Assembly: GCA_903821335.1 (NCBI GenBank)
Contig: CAIJKV010000189.1
Span: 2,612-66,611, forward strand
Source of the DNA: an uncultured beta proteobacterium
GTDB lineage: Bacteria > Pseudomonadota > Gammaproteobacteria > Burkholderiales > Burkholderiaceae_B
Length of the DNA: 64,000 nt
Direction of reading: 5' to 3'
Shown: positions 27,857-37,950 of the stretch, one piece after another
How positions within the stretch are numbered: position 1 is the first letter of the stretch
How the letters are laid out: each line of letters opens with the position of its first letter
The notes under the pieces: generated by a model
Databases searched by the model: none
What the model saw: the letters and a program-made list of their open reading frames with translations, nothing else
What the model was told of the DNA's origin: nothing
Position numbers and translations under genes: made by a program

Positions 27857-30800
27857 TTAGCCCTGAGTTTCTACCTGTGCCAAGGGCGCTTCGGCGATCA
27901 CCACAGCGGGCTTGCGTGCGCGACCCAGCTTGACCTCTGTGACTTTCTGGTCAGCCAGAGCCTGGGCAAAGCGCTCAGGGTTGCTTTCGACCCACTGCAG
28001 ACCAGCCGTTTGCACGATTGAGTGCAAGGCGGCCGTGTCACGTACTGCAGGCACGACGATCTGCGGTGCGACGACCTGCGGTGCCGGAGGTGGCGACGCA
28101 ACCGGGGCCACTGCGACAAGAGCAGGTGCGACCGGTGCCAGGTCAGCTACGGGCGTGACGGTCGCTGGCTGTTCCACTGCGACAGGTGCAGGGACGACAG
28201 CGTTAGTCTCGGCAGTTGGAACGACTGCCGCCGGGGTCAGTTCAGGTGCCACAGCAGTGGCCTGAACCGCGACAGGTGCCGCGACCGGGGTCGGGGCAGG
28301 GGTTGCCACTTGAGCCGGCGCTTCCACCGCCGGAGCAGTCAAGGCAACTTCTACCGCTGCAGAAACGGGTACCGGCGCATAGTTCGGTGCCGGCACAACA
28401 GCAAACCGCTCGGGCTCCGCCGTTGCAGCCACTCCAGGTTCGACATAGGCTACGGGTGCACCGGCCAGCGCTGACGTGGTTGTGTGCTCAAAGCCTTGTG
28501 AAGCTTCTTGCGACTCGCCCTGAGCGTCTTGCGATTCTCCTTGAGCGTCTTGCTGTTCCTGACCCTCTGTTGAGCCACCTTCGCGACGACCACCGCGACG
28601 GCTGCGACGACGGCGACGTTTGCGTTCGGGATCTGCCTGGTCCTGGTCTTCATCCAGCAGGCCCTGGCCTTCGGTCTCGCCATCTTGCAGGTCTGCATCA
28701 GCGGCGACGGGGGCGGCTGGGCGGCTCTGTTGGGGACGACGTTCACCGGCAGGGGCTGGTGCAGCCAGAGCTGTGCCAGCTGCGACGGGGCTAGCCTGAT
28801 CGTTTACCAGATCCTGCGTGCTCTCGGGAGCCTCATCACGACGGTTGCGGCCACGACCACGGCGGCTACGGCCACCATTGCGGTTGCTGTTTTCGTCGCC
28901 TTGGTCACCCGTGTTTTCCTGAGGAGCCAGGCTTGCGCGCGTCTCGTCACGCGGCACGCGTGGTGGGCGACGGTTGGTGTCCTGGTCTACGACGGCGTTT
29001 TCGACTGGCTGGGTGCGCGCGTCGCCACGGCCTTCCGGACGACGACCTCGGCCCTGACCATTGCGCCCACCCTGGTTGCGCCCACCCTGGCCTTCACGGC
29101 GGGGACGGTCACGCGATTCGACAGCCTTGACTGGTGCGGGATCTTCCTTGGTTTCGGTGGAAGTGCCGCCTGACAGCCAGCCAAACAGACGCTTGAAGAG
29201 ACCCGGTGCTGCGGGAGCCGTTTCAGTTGCGGCTGAGACTTTAGGTGAGGGTGTGGATGACACCGGCGCGGGCTGGGCAGGCGTGATGCCCTTGACCAGC
29301 GCTTCGGGCTTGGCTTTGATTTCTTGCTCTTTGGGTGCCCAGCTCATGTCTGTCGATGGGGCGTCGACCAGTTCAAAACTGGTCTTCACATCTTCGAGGC
29401 GTGGATCATCGTGGCGCAGACGCTCGATGTGGTGGTGCGGCGTTTCAAGGTGACGGTTCGGGATGAGGATCAGGTTGACCTTCAGGCGCGATTCGATCTT
29501 GGTGATATCACTGCGTTTTTCGTTGAGCAGGAAGGTGGCCACATCAACCGGCACCTGTGCATGCACGGCGGCGGTATTTTCCTTCATGGCCTCTTCCTGG
29601 AGCAGACGCAGGACCTGCAGCGCGCTGGACTCGGCATCGCGGATCACGCCGGTGCCGTTGCAACGGGGGCAGGTGATGTGCGAGCCTTCGTTCAGGGCGG
29701 GGCGCAGTCGCTGGCGCGAGAGTTCCATCAGGCCAAAACGCGAGATCTTGCCCATTTGAACGCGAGCGCGGTCAAAATGGAGGGCGTCGCGCAGGCGATT
29801 TTCGACCGCGCGCTGGTTCTTGGCGTCTTCCATGTCGATGAAATCGATCACGATCAGACCGCCCAGGTCGCGCAGCCGCAATTGGCGAGCGACCTCGTCA
29901 GCGGCTTCCGAGTTGGTGCGCAGTGCGGTTTCTTCGATGTCGGCACCGCGGGTCGAACGGGCTGAGTTCACGTCAACCGCGACCAGTGCCTCGGTGTGGT
30001 CAATGACCACGGAACCACCCGAGGGCAGTTCGACCGTGCGCGAGTAGGCGGTTTCGATCTGATGTTCGATCTGGAAGCGTGAAAACAGCGGCACATCGTC
30101 ACGGTAACGTTTGACACGCTGGACATTGTCCGGCATCACGACGCCCATGAACGCCATTGCCTGGTCGGCGATGTCATCGGTGTCGATCAGGATTTCACCG
30201 ATATCGGGCGAGAAGTAGTCGCGGATCGCGCGAATCACCAGGCTCGATTCCAGGTAAATCAGGATGGGAGCCGGATTGTCCTTGGCCGCGCCATCGATTG
30301 CCGTCCAGAGTTGCATCAGGTAGGACAGGTCCCACGAGAGCTCTTCGACGTTGCGACCGATGCCAGCGGTGCGGGCGATGATGCTCATGCCCTGGGGGAT
30401 GGACAACTGGTCCATTGTTTCACGCAGTTCCTGGCGGTCTTCACCCTCGACGCGGCGCGATACGCCACCGCCACGGGGGTTGTTCGGCATCAGGACCAGG
30501 TAACGGCCTGCCAGCGAGATGAACGTGGTCAGGGCTGCGCCCTTGTTGCCGCGTTCTTCTTTTTCAACCTGGACAATCAGTTCCTGACCTTCGCGCAGGG
30601 CGTCCTGGATGCGGGCGGTGCGGACATCGACACCTTCCTTGAAATAGGTACGGGCGATTTCCTTGAAGGGCAAAAAGCCGTGTCGTTCTTCGCCGTAGTT
30701 GACAAAGCAGGCTTCGAGACCGGGCTCGATGCGAGTGATGACGCCCTTATAGATGTTGCCTTTGCGTTGTTCCCGACCGGCAGTTTCGATGTCGAGGTCG

Positions 30801-30874
30801 ATGAGTTTTTGCCCGTCGACGATGGCAACGCGCAGTTCTTCCTGGTGCGTTGCATTGAACAGCATGCGCTTCAT
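27857..30874 (-). CDS. rne: Ribonuclease E
   Basis: MKRMLFNATHQEELRVAIVDG, S1 domain, VDVNSAR, GGLIVIDFIDM, CPRCNG; long disordered Arg-rich and Ala/Pro/Val-rich C-terminus. Confidence 0.98.
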   Translation of the reverse strand: MKRMLFNATHQEELRVAIVDGQKLIDLDIETAGREQRKGNIYKGVITRIEPGLEACFVNYGEERHGFLPFKEIARTYFKEGVDVRTARIQDALREGQELIVQVEKEERGNKGAALTTFISLAGRYLVLMPNNPRGGGVSRRVEGEDRQELRETMDQLSIPQGMSIIARTAGIGRNVEELSWDLSYLMQLWTAIDGAAKDNPAPILIYLESSLVIRAIRDYFSPDIGEILIDTDDIADQAMAFMGVVMPDNVQRVKRYRDDVPLFSRFQIEHQIETAYSRTVELPSGGSVVIDHTEALVAVDVNSARSTRGADIEETALRTNSEAADEVARQLRLRDLGGLIVIDFIDMEDAKNQRAVENRLRDALHFDRARVQMGKISRFGLMELSRQRLRPALNEGSHITCPRCNGTGVIRDAESSALQVLRLLQEEAMKENTAAVHAQVPVDVATFLLNEKRSDITKIESRLKVNLILIPNRHLETPHHHIERLRHDDPRLEDVKTSFELVDAPSTDMSWAPKEQEIKAKPEALVKGITPAQPAPVSSTPSPKVSAATETAPAAPGLFKRLFGWLSGGTSTETKEDPAPVKAVESRDRPRREGQGGRNQGGRNGQGRGRRPEGRGDARTQPVENAVVDQDTNRRPPRVPRDETRASLAPQENTGDQGDENSNRNGGRSRRGRGRNRRDEAPESTQDLVNDQASPVAAGTALAAPAPAGERRPQQSRPAAPVAADADLQDGETEGQGLLDEDQDQADPERKRRRRRSRRGGRREGGSTEGQEQQDAQGESQDAQGESQEASQGFEHTTTSALAGAPVAYVEPGVAATAEPERFAVVPAPNYAPVPVSAAVEVALTAPAVEAPAQVATPAPTPVAAPVAVQATAVAPELTPAAVVPTAETNAVVPAPVAVEQPATVTPVADLAPVAPALVAVAPVASPPPAPQVVAPQIVVPAVRDTAALHSIVQTAGLQWVESNPERFAQALADQKVTEVKLGRARKPAVVIAEAPLAQVETQG

Positions 30875-31386
30875 GAGATGTTTCTCCATAAATGGCGCGC
30901 CGGAAATCGGCGCGCAGCCATGGGCAAGCTGGCTGCGAAACACTGAAGCAGGCAAGAGAAGTCGCGCACCGGTCAGGGCGGGCGATGAAAATCGGTCAGA
31001 CCAGCACGGCGCGCCGGTGGGCGCGGAGTTCTTTCAGCAAAAAGGTCAGAATCACGGTTGTGGTTGACAAAAAAAGGTGCTGAGAACATCAGGCGGATCA
31101 TGATCAAGCGCCTGGTGCAGGTAAATGACGGTTTCTTGCACTTATTTCAGTATCGCGTGCGAAAGGGCAGGGAAACACAGGGCGCGGGCGATACGTAAAA
31201 CGCCGCAACGACGCACCAAAGGAACCCCAGTCCAACCGGCGACCAGTTGCCCAGAGAGGGAGAAAAGCGAAGCGGTACAATACAGTCCGCGATCCAGACG
31301 GAGACGCGATAACAAGATCCGCATCTCGACGCCGGAGGGCTTTCCAACCCCTTTGAGGCTTCGCGGATTATATGCCGCTTTTGGCC

Positions 31387-32367
31387 ATGCGCAAAGAATC
31401 CAACATTTCAACTCCTGAACGGTGCCAGTCCGGCTCTCCTGCTCCTGCCGTCCAGATGGTGGAAGTCACAGAAGAGCACGACGGTCAGCGCCTCGATAAT
31501 TTCCTGTTGCGCCTGTGTAAAGGTGTACCAAAAAGTCACATCTACAAGGCCGTGCGGGGTGGCGAAGTGCGGGTCAACAAGGGGCGGGTTCAGCCCGACA
31601 CCCGCCTGAACCTCGGCGACATAGTGCGGGTACCGCCGATGCGTCTGCCTGCGCCGGGCCAGAAACGCTCTGTGCCCGGTACCGAATTCCCGATCGTTTT
31701 CGAAGACGAGGGCCTGCTGGTTCTTGACAAACCCGCAGGGGTGGCCGTGCATGGTGGCAGTGGCGTGTCGTTTGGCGTGATCGAATGCCTGCGCGCTGCC
31801 CGTCCCGAGGCAAAATTCCTTGAACTCGCGCACCGGCTCGACCGTGATACCTCCGGGCTCCTGATGGTGGCTAAAAAACGCAATGTGCTGCTGTCTCTCC
31901 ACGAAATGTTTCGTTCGGGTGGTGGCAGCAAGCATTACTTTGCCCTGGTCGAAGGCGACTGGGTCAACGACCGCCAGCACATCCGCTTACCGTTGACCAA
32001 ATGGACCACCCAGACTGGCGAACGCCGTGTCAAGGTCGAGTCTGACGGCCAGGTTTCACACACCATCGTGTCGTCCGTGCGACGCCTGAAAGGTTACAGC
32101 CTGGTAGACGCCGAACTGCGTACGGGCCGCACCCATCAGATCCGGGTGCACCTGGCATCAAGCGGATTTCCGATCGTGGGCGACGACAAGTATGGCCGTG
32201 ACGACACCAACGCGCGTTTTAGCCAGCGCGGGTTCACCAGGATGTTCCTGCATGCCCACCGCCTTGAGATGCCCCATCCGCTCACGCAGGTTCCCATGAC
32301 CTTCGAAGCACCACTGCCCGAGGCCTGCGTGCGTATTCTCAAGCAGCTTGAGTCGGACGCCGCATGA
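31387..32367 (+). CDS. rluC: 23S rRNA pseudouridine synthase C
   Basis: S4 domain (GQRLDNFL), HRLDRDTSG, TGRTHQIRVH, GDDKYG; divergent from rne. Exact start uncertain. Confidence 0.95.
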   Translation: MRKESNISTPERCQSGSPAPAVQMVEVTEEHDGQRLDNFLLRLCKGVPKSHIYKAVRGGEVRVNKGRVQPDTRLNLGDIVRVPPMRLPAPGQKRSVPGTEFPIVFEDEGLLVLDKPAGVAVHGGSGVSFGVIECLRAARPEAKFLELAHRLDRDTSGLLMVAKKRNVLLSLHEMFRSGGGSKHYFALVEGDWVNDRQHIRLPLTKWTTQTGERRVKVESDGQVSHTIVSSVRRLKGYSLVDAELRTGRTHQIRVHLASSGFPIVGDDKYGRDDTNARFSQRGFTRMFLHAHRLEMPHPLTQVPMTFEAPLPEACVRILKQLESDAA

Positions 32368-33032
32368 CCACGACACCTTATTCGGTTGTGATATTTGACT
32401 GGGACGGAACCCTGATGGACTCCACCCACAGCATCGTATCGGCCATCCAGGGCGCCTGTCGCGACCTGGAATTGCCCGTGCCGACGAGCGAGCAGGCCAG
32501 TTGGGTCATCGGCTTGTCCCTTGAGCGCGCCTTACGCCACGCGGTACCGGATCTAAAAAAATCCATGGAACCCTTATTCCTTGACCGCTATCGCTATCAT
32601 TACCTGGCGCGCGACACGCAACTCAAGCTTTTTGACGGCGTGCCGGAACTCCTCGATGCGTTGCAAGGTATGGGGGTGACGCTGGCGGTGGCCACGGGTA
32701 AAAGCCGTGTGGGTCTGGACCGCGCGCTGACGGCCACGTCGCTGCACAACCGCTTCTCTGCCACGCGCTGCGCGGATGAAACGTTCGGCAAACCCCACCC
32801 GGCGATGCTGCACGAACTGATGGACGAACTGATGGTCGAACCCCAGAACGTCGTCATGGTGGGCGACACCTCGCATGACCTGAACATGGCAGCCAATGCG
32901 GGTGTGCACGGACTGGGGGTAGCCTACGGGGCACATCCCGAAAACGAACTCCGGACTTGTCCGCACCAGGGCATCGTCGGCGATGTTTCCAGCTTGCGCC
33001 AGTGGCTCCTTGAGCGCGTCGTAAACACCTGA
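32364..33032 (+). CDS. HAD-IA hydrolase (phosphoglycolate phosphatase-like)
   Basis: FDWDGTLMDS, VATGKS, KPHP, VGDTSHD. Confidence 0.9.
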   Translation: MTTTPYSVVIFDWDGTLMDSTHSIVSAIQGACRDLELPVPTSEQASWVIGLSLERALRHAVPDLKKSMEPLFLDRYRYHYLARDTQLKLFDGVPELLDALQGMGVTLAVATGKSRVGLDRALTATSLHNRFSATRCADETFGKPHPAMLHELMDELMVEPQNVVMVGDTSHDLNMAANAGVHGLGVAYGAHPENELRTCPHQGIVGDVSSLRQWLLERVVNT

Positions 33033-33108
33033 AACCGGTGTGGATTTGCCTGTTGCAGGCCCGTTTGCCAGCGTATGATCTGCCAAATCCCTGTGCCAGG
33101 AGTGTCAC

Positions 33109-34068
33109 GTGCCCACTTATCGCTATCCCCGCATTCACGCTTCTGAAATCACACCGGAAGAGGTCTGGCATGGTCGTCGTGACTGGATCAAAGCGGCCGG
33201 CGCCGCGCTGACGACCGGTGCGCTGGGCGCCTGGCCGCAGGTTGGTTCGGCCGCAGGGCTTGCCGCGTTGCCATCAACCCCCAACGCCAATTACGTAGTC
33301 ATGGATCCCTCTACGCCCGAAAAAGATGTGATTTCCTACAATAATTACTATGAATTCGGCATGGACAAGGGCGATCCGTTTCTTTATGCCAAGACCCTGC
33401 AGACCGAGCCGTGGGCGTTAAGTGTCGAAGGTGAATGCGCAGCACCCAAAACCTTTGGTATGGACGAACTGCTCAAACTCGCACCCATGGAAGAGCGCGT
33501 CTACCGCATGCGCTGTGTCGAGGGGTGGTCCATGGTGATCCCCTGGATCGGCTATCCCCTGTCCGCACTCCTCAAGCAGGTGCAACCCAACGGGCGCGCC
33601 AAGTTTGTCGAGTTTGTGACGGCTGTGCAGCCAAAAAACATGCCAGGCGTGAGTTCCCGGGTACTTGACTGGCCCTACAAGGAAGGGCTGCGTCTGGACG
33701 AAGCCATGCACCCACTGACATTGCTCACCATGGGGCTGTATGGCAAAGTACTGCCCAACCAGAATGGCGCGCCAGTCAGGTTGGTCGTGCCCTGGAAATA
33801 TGGTTTCAAGTCCGCCAAGTCGTTGGTCACGATCCGGCTGGTTGAAAAACAGCCGGTTTCGAGCTGGGGGCGTTCGGCCCCCAGCGAGTACGGTTTCTAC
33901 AGCAACGTCAATCCCGAGGTCTCGCATCCGCGCTGGAGCCAGGCGTCCGAGCGCCGCATCGGCGAGGGCAGCGTGTTTAGCCCAAAACGCAAAACCCTCA
34001 TGTTCAACGGCTACGGCTCCGAAGTGGCCTCCCTGTACCAGGGGATGGACCTGCGCAAGAACTTCTGA
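33109..34068 (+). CDS. msrP: Protein-methionine-sulfoxide reductase catalytic subunit
   Basis: Tat motif [40 protein letters not shown]. Confidence 0.97.
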   Translation: MPTYRYPRIHASEITPEEVWHGRRDWIKAAGAALTTGALGAWPQVGSAAGLAALPSTPNANYVVMDPSTPEKDVISYNNYYEFGMDKGDPFLYAKTLQTEPWALSVEGECAAPKTFGMDELLKLAPMEERVYRMRCVEGWSMVIPWIGYPLSALLKQVQPNGRAKFVEFVTAVQPKNMPGVSSRVLDWPYKEGLRLDEAMHPLTLLTMGLYGKVLPNQNGAPVRLVVPWKYGFKSAKSLVTIRLVEKQPVSSWGRSAPSEYGFYSNVNPEVSHPRWSQASERRIGEGSVFSPKRKTLMFNGYGSEVASLYQGMDLRKNF

Positions 34069-34077
34069 GGCTGACGG

Positions 34078-34686
34078 ATGACGTTATCGGTGCGCGCGGT
34101 TGACCGTGCCAAACTGTTTGTGTTTGTCGCTGGGTTGCTCCCCTTGTTGCGGTGGGTCTGGCTGGCGTTCAACGACCAGTTGACCGCCAACCCGACTGAG
34201 TTTCTGTCGCGTTCGTCGGGAACCTGGACGCTGGTTTGCCTGCTGGTTACGTTATCGGTGACGCCGCTCAGGAAATGGCTGGGCCAGCCTCTATTGATAC
34301 GCTGGCGCCGGATGTGCGGCTTGTTCACCTTTTTCTACGCAACATTGCACGCACTGTGCTGGGCGTGGTGGGATCAGGGCCTTGAGGTGAGCGCCATGCT
34401 GGCTGATGTTTGGCAGCGCCCTTTCATCATGGTGGGCATGGCGGCTTTTCTGACCATGTCACTGCTGGCACTGACTTCCACCAAGGGCTGGATGCGTCGC
34501 CTGGGGCGGCGCTGGCAGACCCTGCATCGTTTTATTTACTTAATCGGGGTATTGGTGATCTTGCACTACTGGTGGCACAAGTCCGGCAAGAGCGACTACA
34601 ACACCGTGTCCATCTATGCTGCGGTGATGGCGGCTCTACTTGGCTGGCGGCTGTTCGGGTGGGTTGTCCGTACTGACAAACGCTGA
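34078..34686 (+). CDS. msrQ: Protein-methionine-sulfoxide reductase heme-binding subunit
   Basis: SGTWTL, TPLR, RRMCGLFTFFYATLH, WQTLHRFIY, LHYWW. Confidence 0.95.
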   Translation: MTLSVRAVDRAKLFVFVAGLLPLLRWVWLAFNDQLTANPTEFLSRSSGTWTLVCLLVTLSVTPLRKWLGQPLLIRWRRMCGLFTFFYATLHALCWAWWDQGLEVSAMLADVWQRPFIMVGMAAFLTMSLLALTSTKGWMRRLGRRWQTLHRFIYLIGVLVILHYWWHKSGKSDYNTVSIYAAVMAALLGWRLFGWVVRTDKR

Positions 34687-35511
34687 GCCTGTCGTGGGCA
34701 GTGCCTGTAGCCGCGCGGCCGTTTGTGCGTCGGGACCGCCAGAAACAAGTTCTGGCCGGTAGTGCATCTGAAATGCGCTGATCACTTGCTTGGTGCTGGT
34801 ATCGAACCGACCTGTCTCTGGAACGGAATAACCGACCCGTTTGAGCTGGGTCTGGAACCATTTTGCGTCGGGCACACCCTTTCTGGAGAAATCAGCCTGG
34901 TATCTGGCTGCGGCGGCCTCATCGTACCAGCGCCCGATCCCGGCCTGTGCCAGTTGTCTCCAGGGAAATGCGGGGCCCGGATCCTGTTTGCGCAGGGGTG
35001 CCACATCGCTGTGACCAATAATATTCTCGGGGGCGACACCATAGCGTTTTGCGATGTCGCGTGTGAGTGCAACGACTACGTCGATTTGCGCGGGGGGGTA
35101 GGGCATGCCCATCCCGCCGGTGCTGTTGCGTTCCCAGCCAGGATGGACGATTTCGATTCCGATGGACCTTGGGTTGATGTAATTGCGACCGTACCAACTG
35201 CTTTCACCGGCGTGCCAGGCGCTCATGTTTTCATTGACCAACCGATAGACCAGGGGCTTGATGTCATCCGTCACAACGTAATGCGCACTGACATCCCTGT
35301 TCGTCAACACCGCCAGGGCCGTCAGAGTGGTTCCGGCGGTGTAGTGCAGCACGATCATGTCAATGCGGTTGTTCTGGCCAGTCGCCGTCATTGATTCGTT
35401 GATCTGGTAGGCAGACCCGCCCGGGCGTGGTGGCGTGCTGCAACCCGCCAGCACCGTCAACAGGGTCAGGGTCGTCAGTCTCGAGAGTTTGAGCAAAATA
35501 CCCCCTGACAT
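34636..35511 (-). CDS. amiD: N-acetylmuramoyl-L-alanine amidase lipoprotein (AmiD-like)
   Basis: Lipobox LAGC, IVLHYT, VSAHY, AWHAG, SIGIE, GHSD, DPG, C-terminal PG-binding segment AFQMHYRP. Start set at ATG 35511. Confidence 0.85.
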   Translation of the reverse strand: MSGGILLKLSRLTTLTLLTVLAGCSTPPRPGGSAYQINESMTATGQNNRIDMIVLHYTAGTTLTALAVLTNRDVSAHYVVTDDIKPLVYRLVNENMSAWHAGESSWYGRNYINPRSIGIEIVHPGWERNSTGGMGMPYPPAQIDVVVALTRDIAKRYGVAPENIIGHSDVAPLRKQDPGPAFPWRQLAQAGIGRWYDEAAAARYQADFSRKGVPDAKWFQTQLKRVGYSVPETGRFDTSTKQVISAFQMHYRPELVSGGPDAQTAARLQALPTTGSAFVSTDNPPEQPPAK

Positions 35512-35513
35512 GA

Positions 35514-36245
35514 CTACACCGCCTGGAACAGGAACAGGGTGGGGTGCTTGTCCAGTGCAGGCACGGTCTGGGCCTTCCATTGGGCCACCGTCAAGGTGCG
35601 CACCCACTCTTCGGGGGTGGTCAGGGAACGCGCGATGCACAGCCGTGTGTTGCCTTTCAGGTGTTCAATCAGGCTGGCGAACATCGCGCTGTTGCGATAG
35701 GGGGTTTCGATCAGCATCTGTGTCTGGTGTTGTTTGGACGACAGGTGTTCCCAGGCTTTGAGCTGCTTGACGCGTTCAGCCGGTTCGACCGGCGCGTAGC
35801 CGTGGAACGTGAAACGCTGGCCGTCCAGACCGCTTGCCATCAATCCCAGCAGTATCGACGACGGACCGACCCACGGCCGAACCGTCACGCCCCAGCCGTG
35901 CGCGATGGTGACAGCGCGTGCGCCGGGGTCTGCCACCGCGGGGCAACCGGCCTCTGAAACCAGGCCAATATCTTGCCCCGACCGCAGAGGTTCAAGCCAT
36001 GACTGGAGTGTGGCGTCGTCCGTGCGCGGGCTGAGTTCGTGGATCGTGATTTCCTGCAATGGCCGCGTCAGTTGGGTCAACTTCAGAAATGCCCGGGCGG
36101 TCTTGGCGTTTTCGGCGATATATAAAGGGATGCTGCCGGCCAGCGCCTGTACCTGGGCAGGCAGCCAGGCATTGATTGGCGCCTCGCCGAGCCCGACCGG
36201 AATCAGATGCAGCGTCCCGCGTGGTGCGCGTGTGCTGTTGTTCAT
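35514..36245 (-). CDS. SAM-dependent methyltransferase, tetrapyrrole-methylase fold (RsmI-like paralog)
   Basis: LHLIPVGLG, SEAGCPAVADPG, GPSSI, IETPYRN. Confidence 0.82.
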   Translation of the reverse strand: MNNSTRAPRGTLHLIPVGLGEAPINAWLPAQVQALAGSIPLYIAENAKTARAFLKLTQLTRPLQEITIHELSPRTDDATLQSWLEPLRSGQDIGLVSEAGCPAVADPGARAVTIAHGWGVTVRPWVGPSSILLGLMASGLDGQRFTFHGYAPVEPAERVKQLKAWEHLSSKQHQTQMLIETPYRNSAMFASLIEHLKGNTRLCIARSLTTPEEWVRTLTVAQWKAQTVPALDKHPTLFLFQAV

Positions 36246-36847
36246 GCGGGCAACCTTGCATGGTCAAGGGGGTCGAGTCCGACGGTGGAAAGCATGTGGG
36301 TGAGTGCAATCAAGGGTAATCCGATAATTGAGGTGGGATCGGTGCTTTGCATGCTTTGCATCAGGGCGATGCCCAGGCATTCAGCCTTGGCGCTTCCGGC
36401 AGTATCGAGCGGTTGGTCGATTTGTACGTAGCGACTGATCGCCGCGTCACTGAGTGTGCGGAACACGCAGATCGTGGGGACATCGATACTCTGGATGACT
36501 TCGCCGGCGATGACCGTCATGGCACTATGGAACACCACGGTTTGCCCGGATAATTGACGCAGCTGGGCATGGGCGGCCTCGACGCAGCCGGGCTTGCCCA
36601 GAGGTTGGCCATCAAGAGACGCAGCCTGGTCGGCGCCGATCACGATGGCCTCGGGATGTCGGCTGGCGACCGCACGGGCTTTGGCCACCGACAGGCGCAG
36701 TGCGAGTGCTTGTGGCGTCTCGCCAGGCCGTGGCGTTTCATCCACCTCGGGCGAGACTACGGTGAAAGGAATTCTTAATCTTTCAAGGAGTTCACGTCGA
36801 TAACGCGAGGTGGAGGCGAGAATCAAGGTGTGTGGTTCAACTGACAT
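36242..36847 (-). CDS. Maf-family nucleotide pyrophosphatase (YceF-like)
   Basis: LILASTSRYRRELL, VDET, GADQ, GKPG, GLPL; divergent from yceD. Confidence 0.92.
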   Translation of the reverse strand: MSVEPHTLILASTSRYRRELLERLRIPFTVVSPEVDETPRPGETPQALALRLSVAKARAVASRHPEAIVIGADQAASLDGQPLGKPGCVEAAHAQLRQLSGQTVVFHSAMTVIAGEVIQSIDVPTICVFRTLSDAAISRYVQIDQPLDTAGSAKAECLGIALMQSMQSTDPTSIIGLPLIALTHMLSTVGLDPLDHARLPA

Positions 36848-36942
36848 ACAGTAACTTGGCATTGACGTTGATAGGGTAAACACGCTATTATCTCTTGCTT
36901 TGCTGCTTTTTTGAACCCGGCTCAATAACGTTAGGGGTACGG

Positions 36943-37659
36943 ATGAACAAATCGCGCGCTGGAACTAAAACTGTCGTTAAAGATATCACCGCAGTTGTCA
37001 CAGCATCTGTTAGCGCAACGGTCACTGCGGGCGCTTCAACCGCAGGAACGATGAATTCCGCTGCAGCGCAGTCTGAGTTCAAGCTGGGTGTGCCACCCAT
37101 TCTTGACGTGTTCGAGTTTGCGCGTCGTGAGCAGTTGATGGTTGGTGCGTTTGATACGGAAGAACTGGGGCGGTTGCTTGATGGCTTGCCCTTGCAGCCA
37201 GAGGTTGCGCTGTCGGTTCTGACGGGCCCGCCTGAAACACCCGGCATCGTCCGGTATATTGTCCAGGGTCAACGCAGTTCGGTTGGCAAGCCACAGATTA
37301 ATCTGCATGTGCAGACGCAACTGGTGCTTGAATGCCAGCGCTGCCTCGGGCCGCTCGTATTCCCGATTGATCGCCAGGTCATATTTGATCTGGTGCGCAA
37401 TGAGTCTGATCTGATTGATGACCCATCGCGCGTTGATCAAGATGATCTGGATGTGCCTGAAAAAGTTGTAGGTTCTCGCGAATTCGATCTGCTGGATCTG
37501 ATCGAAGATGAACTGATTTTAGAGGTCCCGTATGTACCACGACACGAACGGTGTCCTGGCGAGACGGTTGCCGCGGCGGATGCCGAGAGTGACCCTGAAG
37601 AGGGTGGGCGACCATCACCGTTCGCGGTGCTGGGTCAGCTTAATACAAAGAGCAAGTAG
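36943..37659 (+). CDS. yceD: YceD/DUF177 protein
   Basis: LECQRCL, DLIEDELILEVP, PSPFAVLGQL; precedes rpmF. Start uncertain (36943 or 37051). Confidence 0.88.
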   Translation: MNKSRAGTKTVVKDITAVVTASVSATVTAGASTAGTMNSAAAQSEFKLGVPPILDVFEFARREQLMVGAFDTEELGRLLDGLPLQPEVALSVLTGPPETPGIVRYIVQGQRSSVGKPQINLHVQTQLVLECQRCLGPLVFPIDRQVIFDLVRNESDLIDDPSRVDQDDLDVPEKVVGSREFDLLDLIEDELILEVPYVPRHERCPGETVAAADAESDPEEGGRPSPFAVLGQLNTKSK

Positions 37660-37713
37660 ATTATTGGTTATCAAGACGATTGGCGTACAATTCGCCCGTC
37701 TACAGGAGTTGTC

Positions 37714-37896
37714 ATGGCTGTTCAGCAAAACAAAAAATCCCCGTCCAAGCGCGGTATGCACCGTTCGCACGACTTTTTGGTTAATCCGCCTACGGCGATT
37801 GAGCCCAACACTGGCGAGCAGCATCTGCGTCACCACATCAGCCCCACCGGCTTTTACCGTGGCCGCAAGATTCTCAAGACTAAGTCTGACGAATAA
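37714..37896 (+). CDS. rpmF: 50S ribosomal protein L32 (zinc-free type)
   Basis: [20 protein letters not shown]...[14 protein letters not shown]. Confidence 0.98.
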   Translation: MAVQQNKKSPSKRGMHRSHDFLVNPPTAIEPNTGEQHLRHHISPTGFYRGRKILKTKSDE

Positions 37897-37950
37897 GTCG
37901 CTGTTTAAGACGGGTCCTACTCGTCCAGACGCGCTGCGCCGCATCAATAC

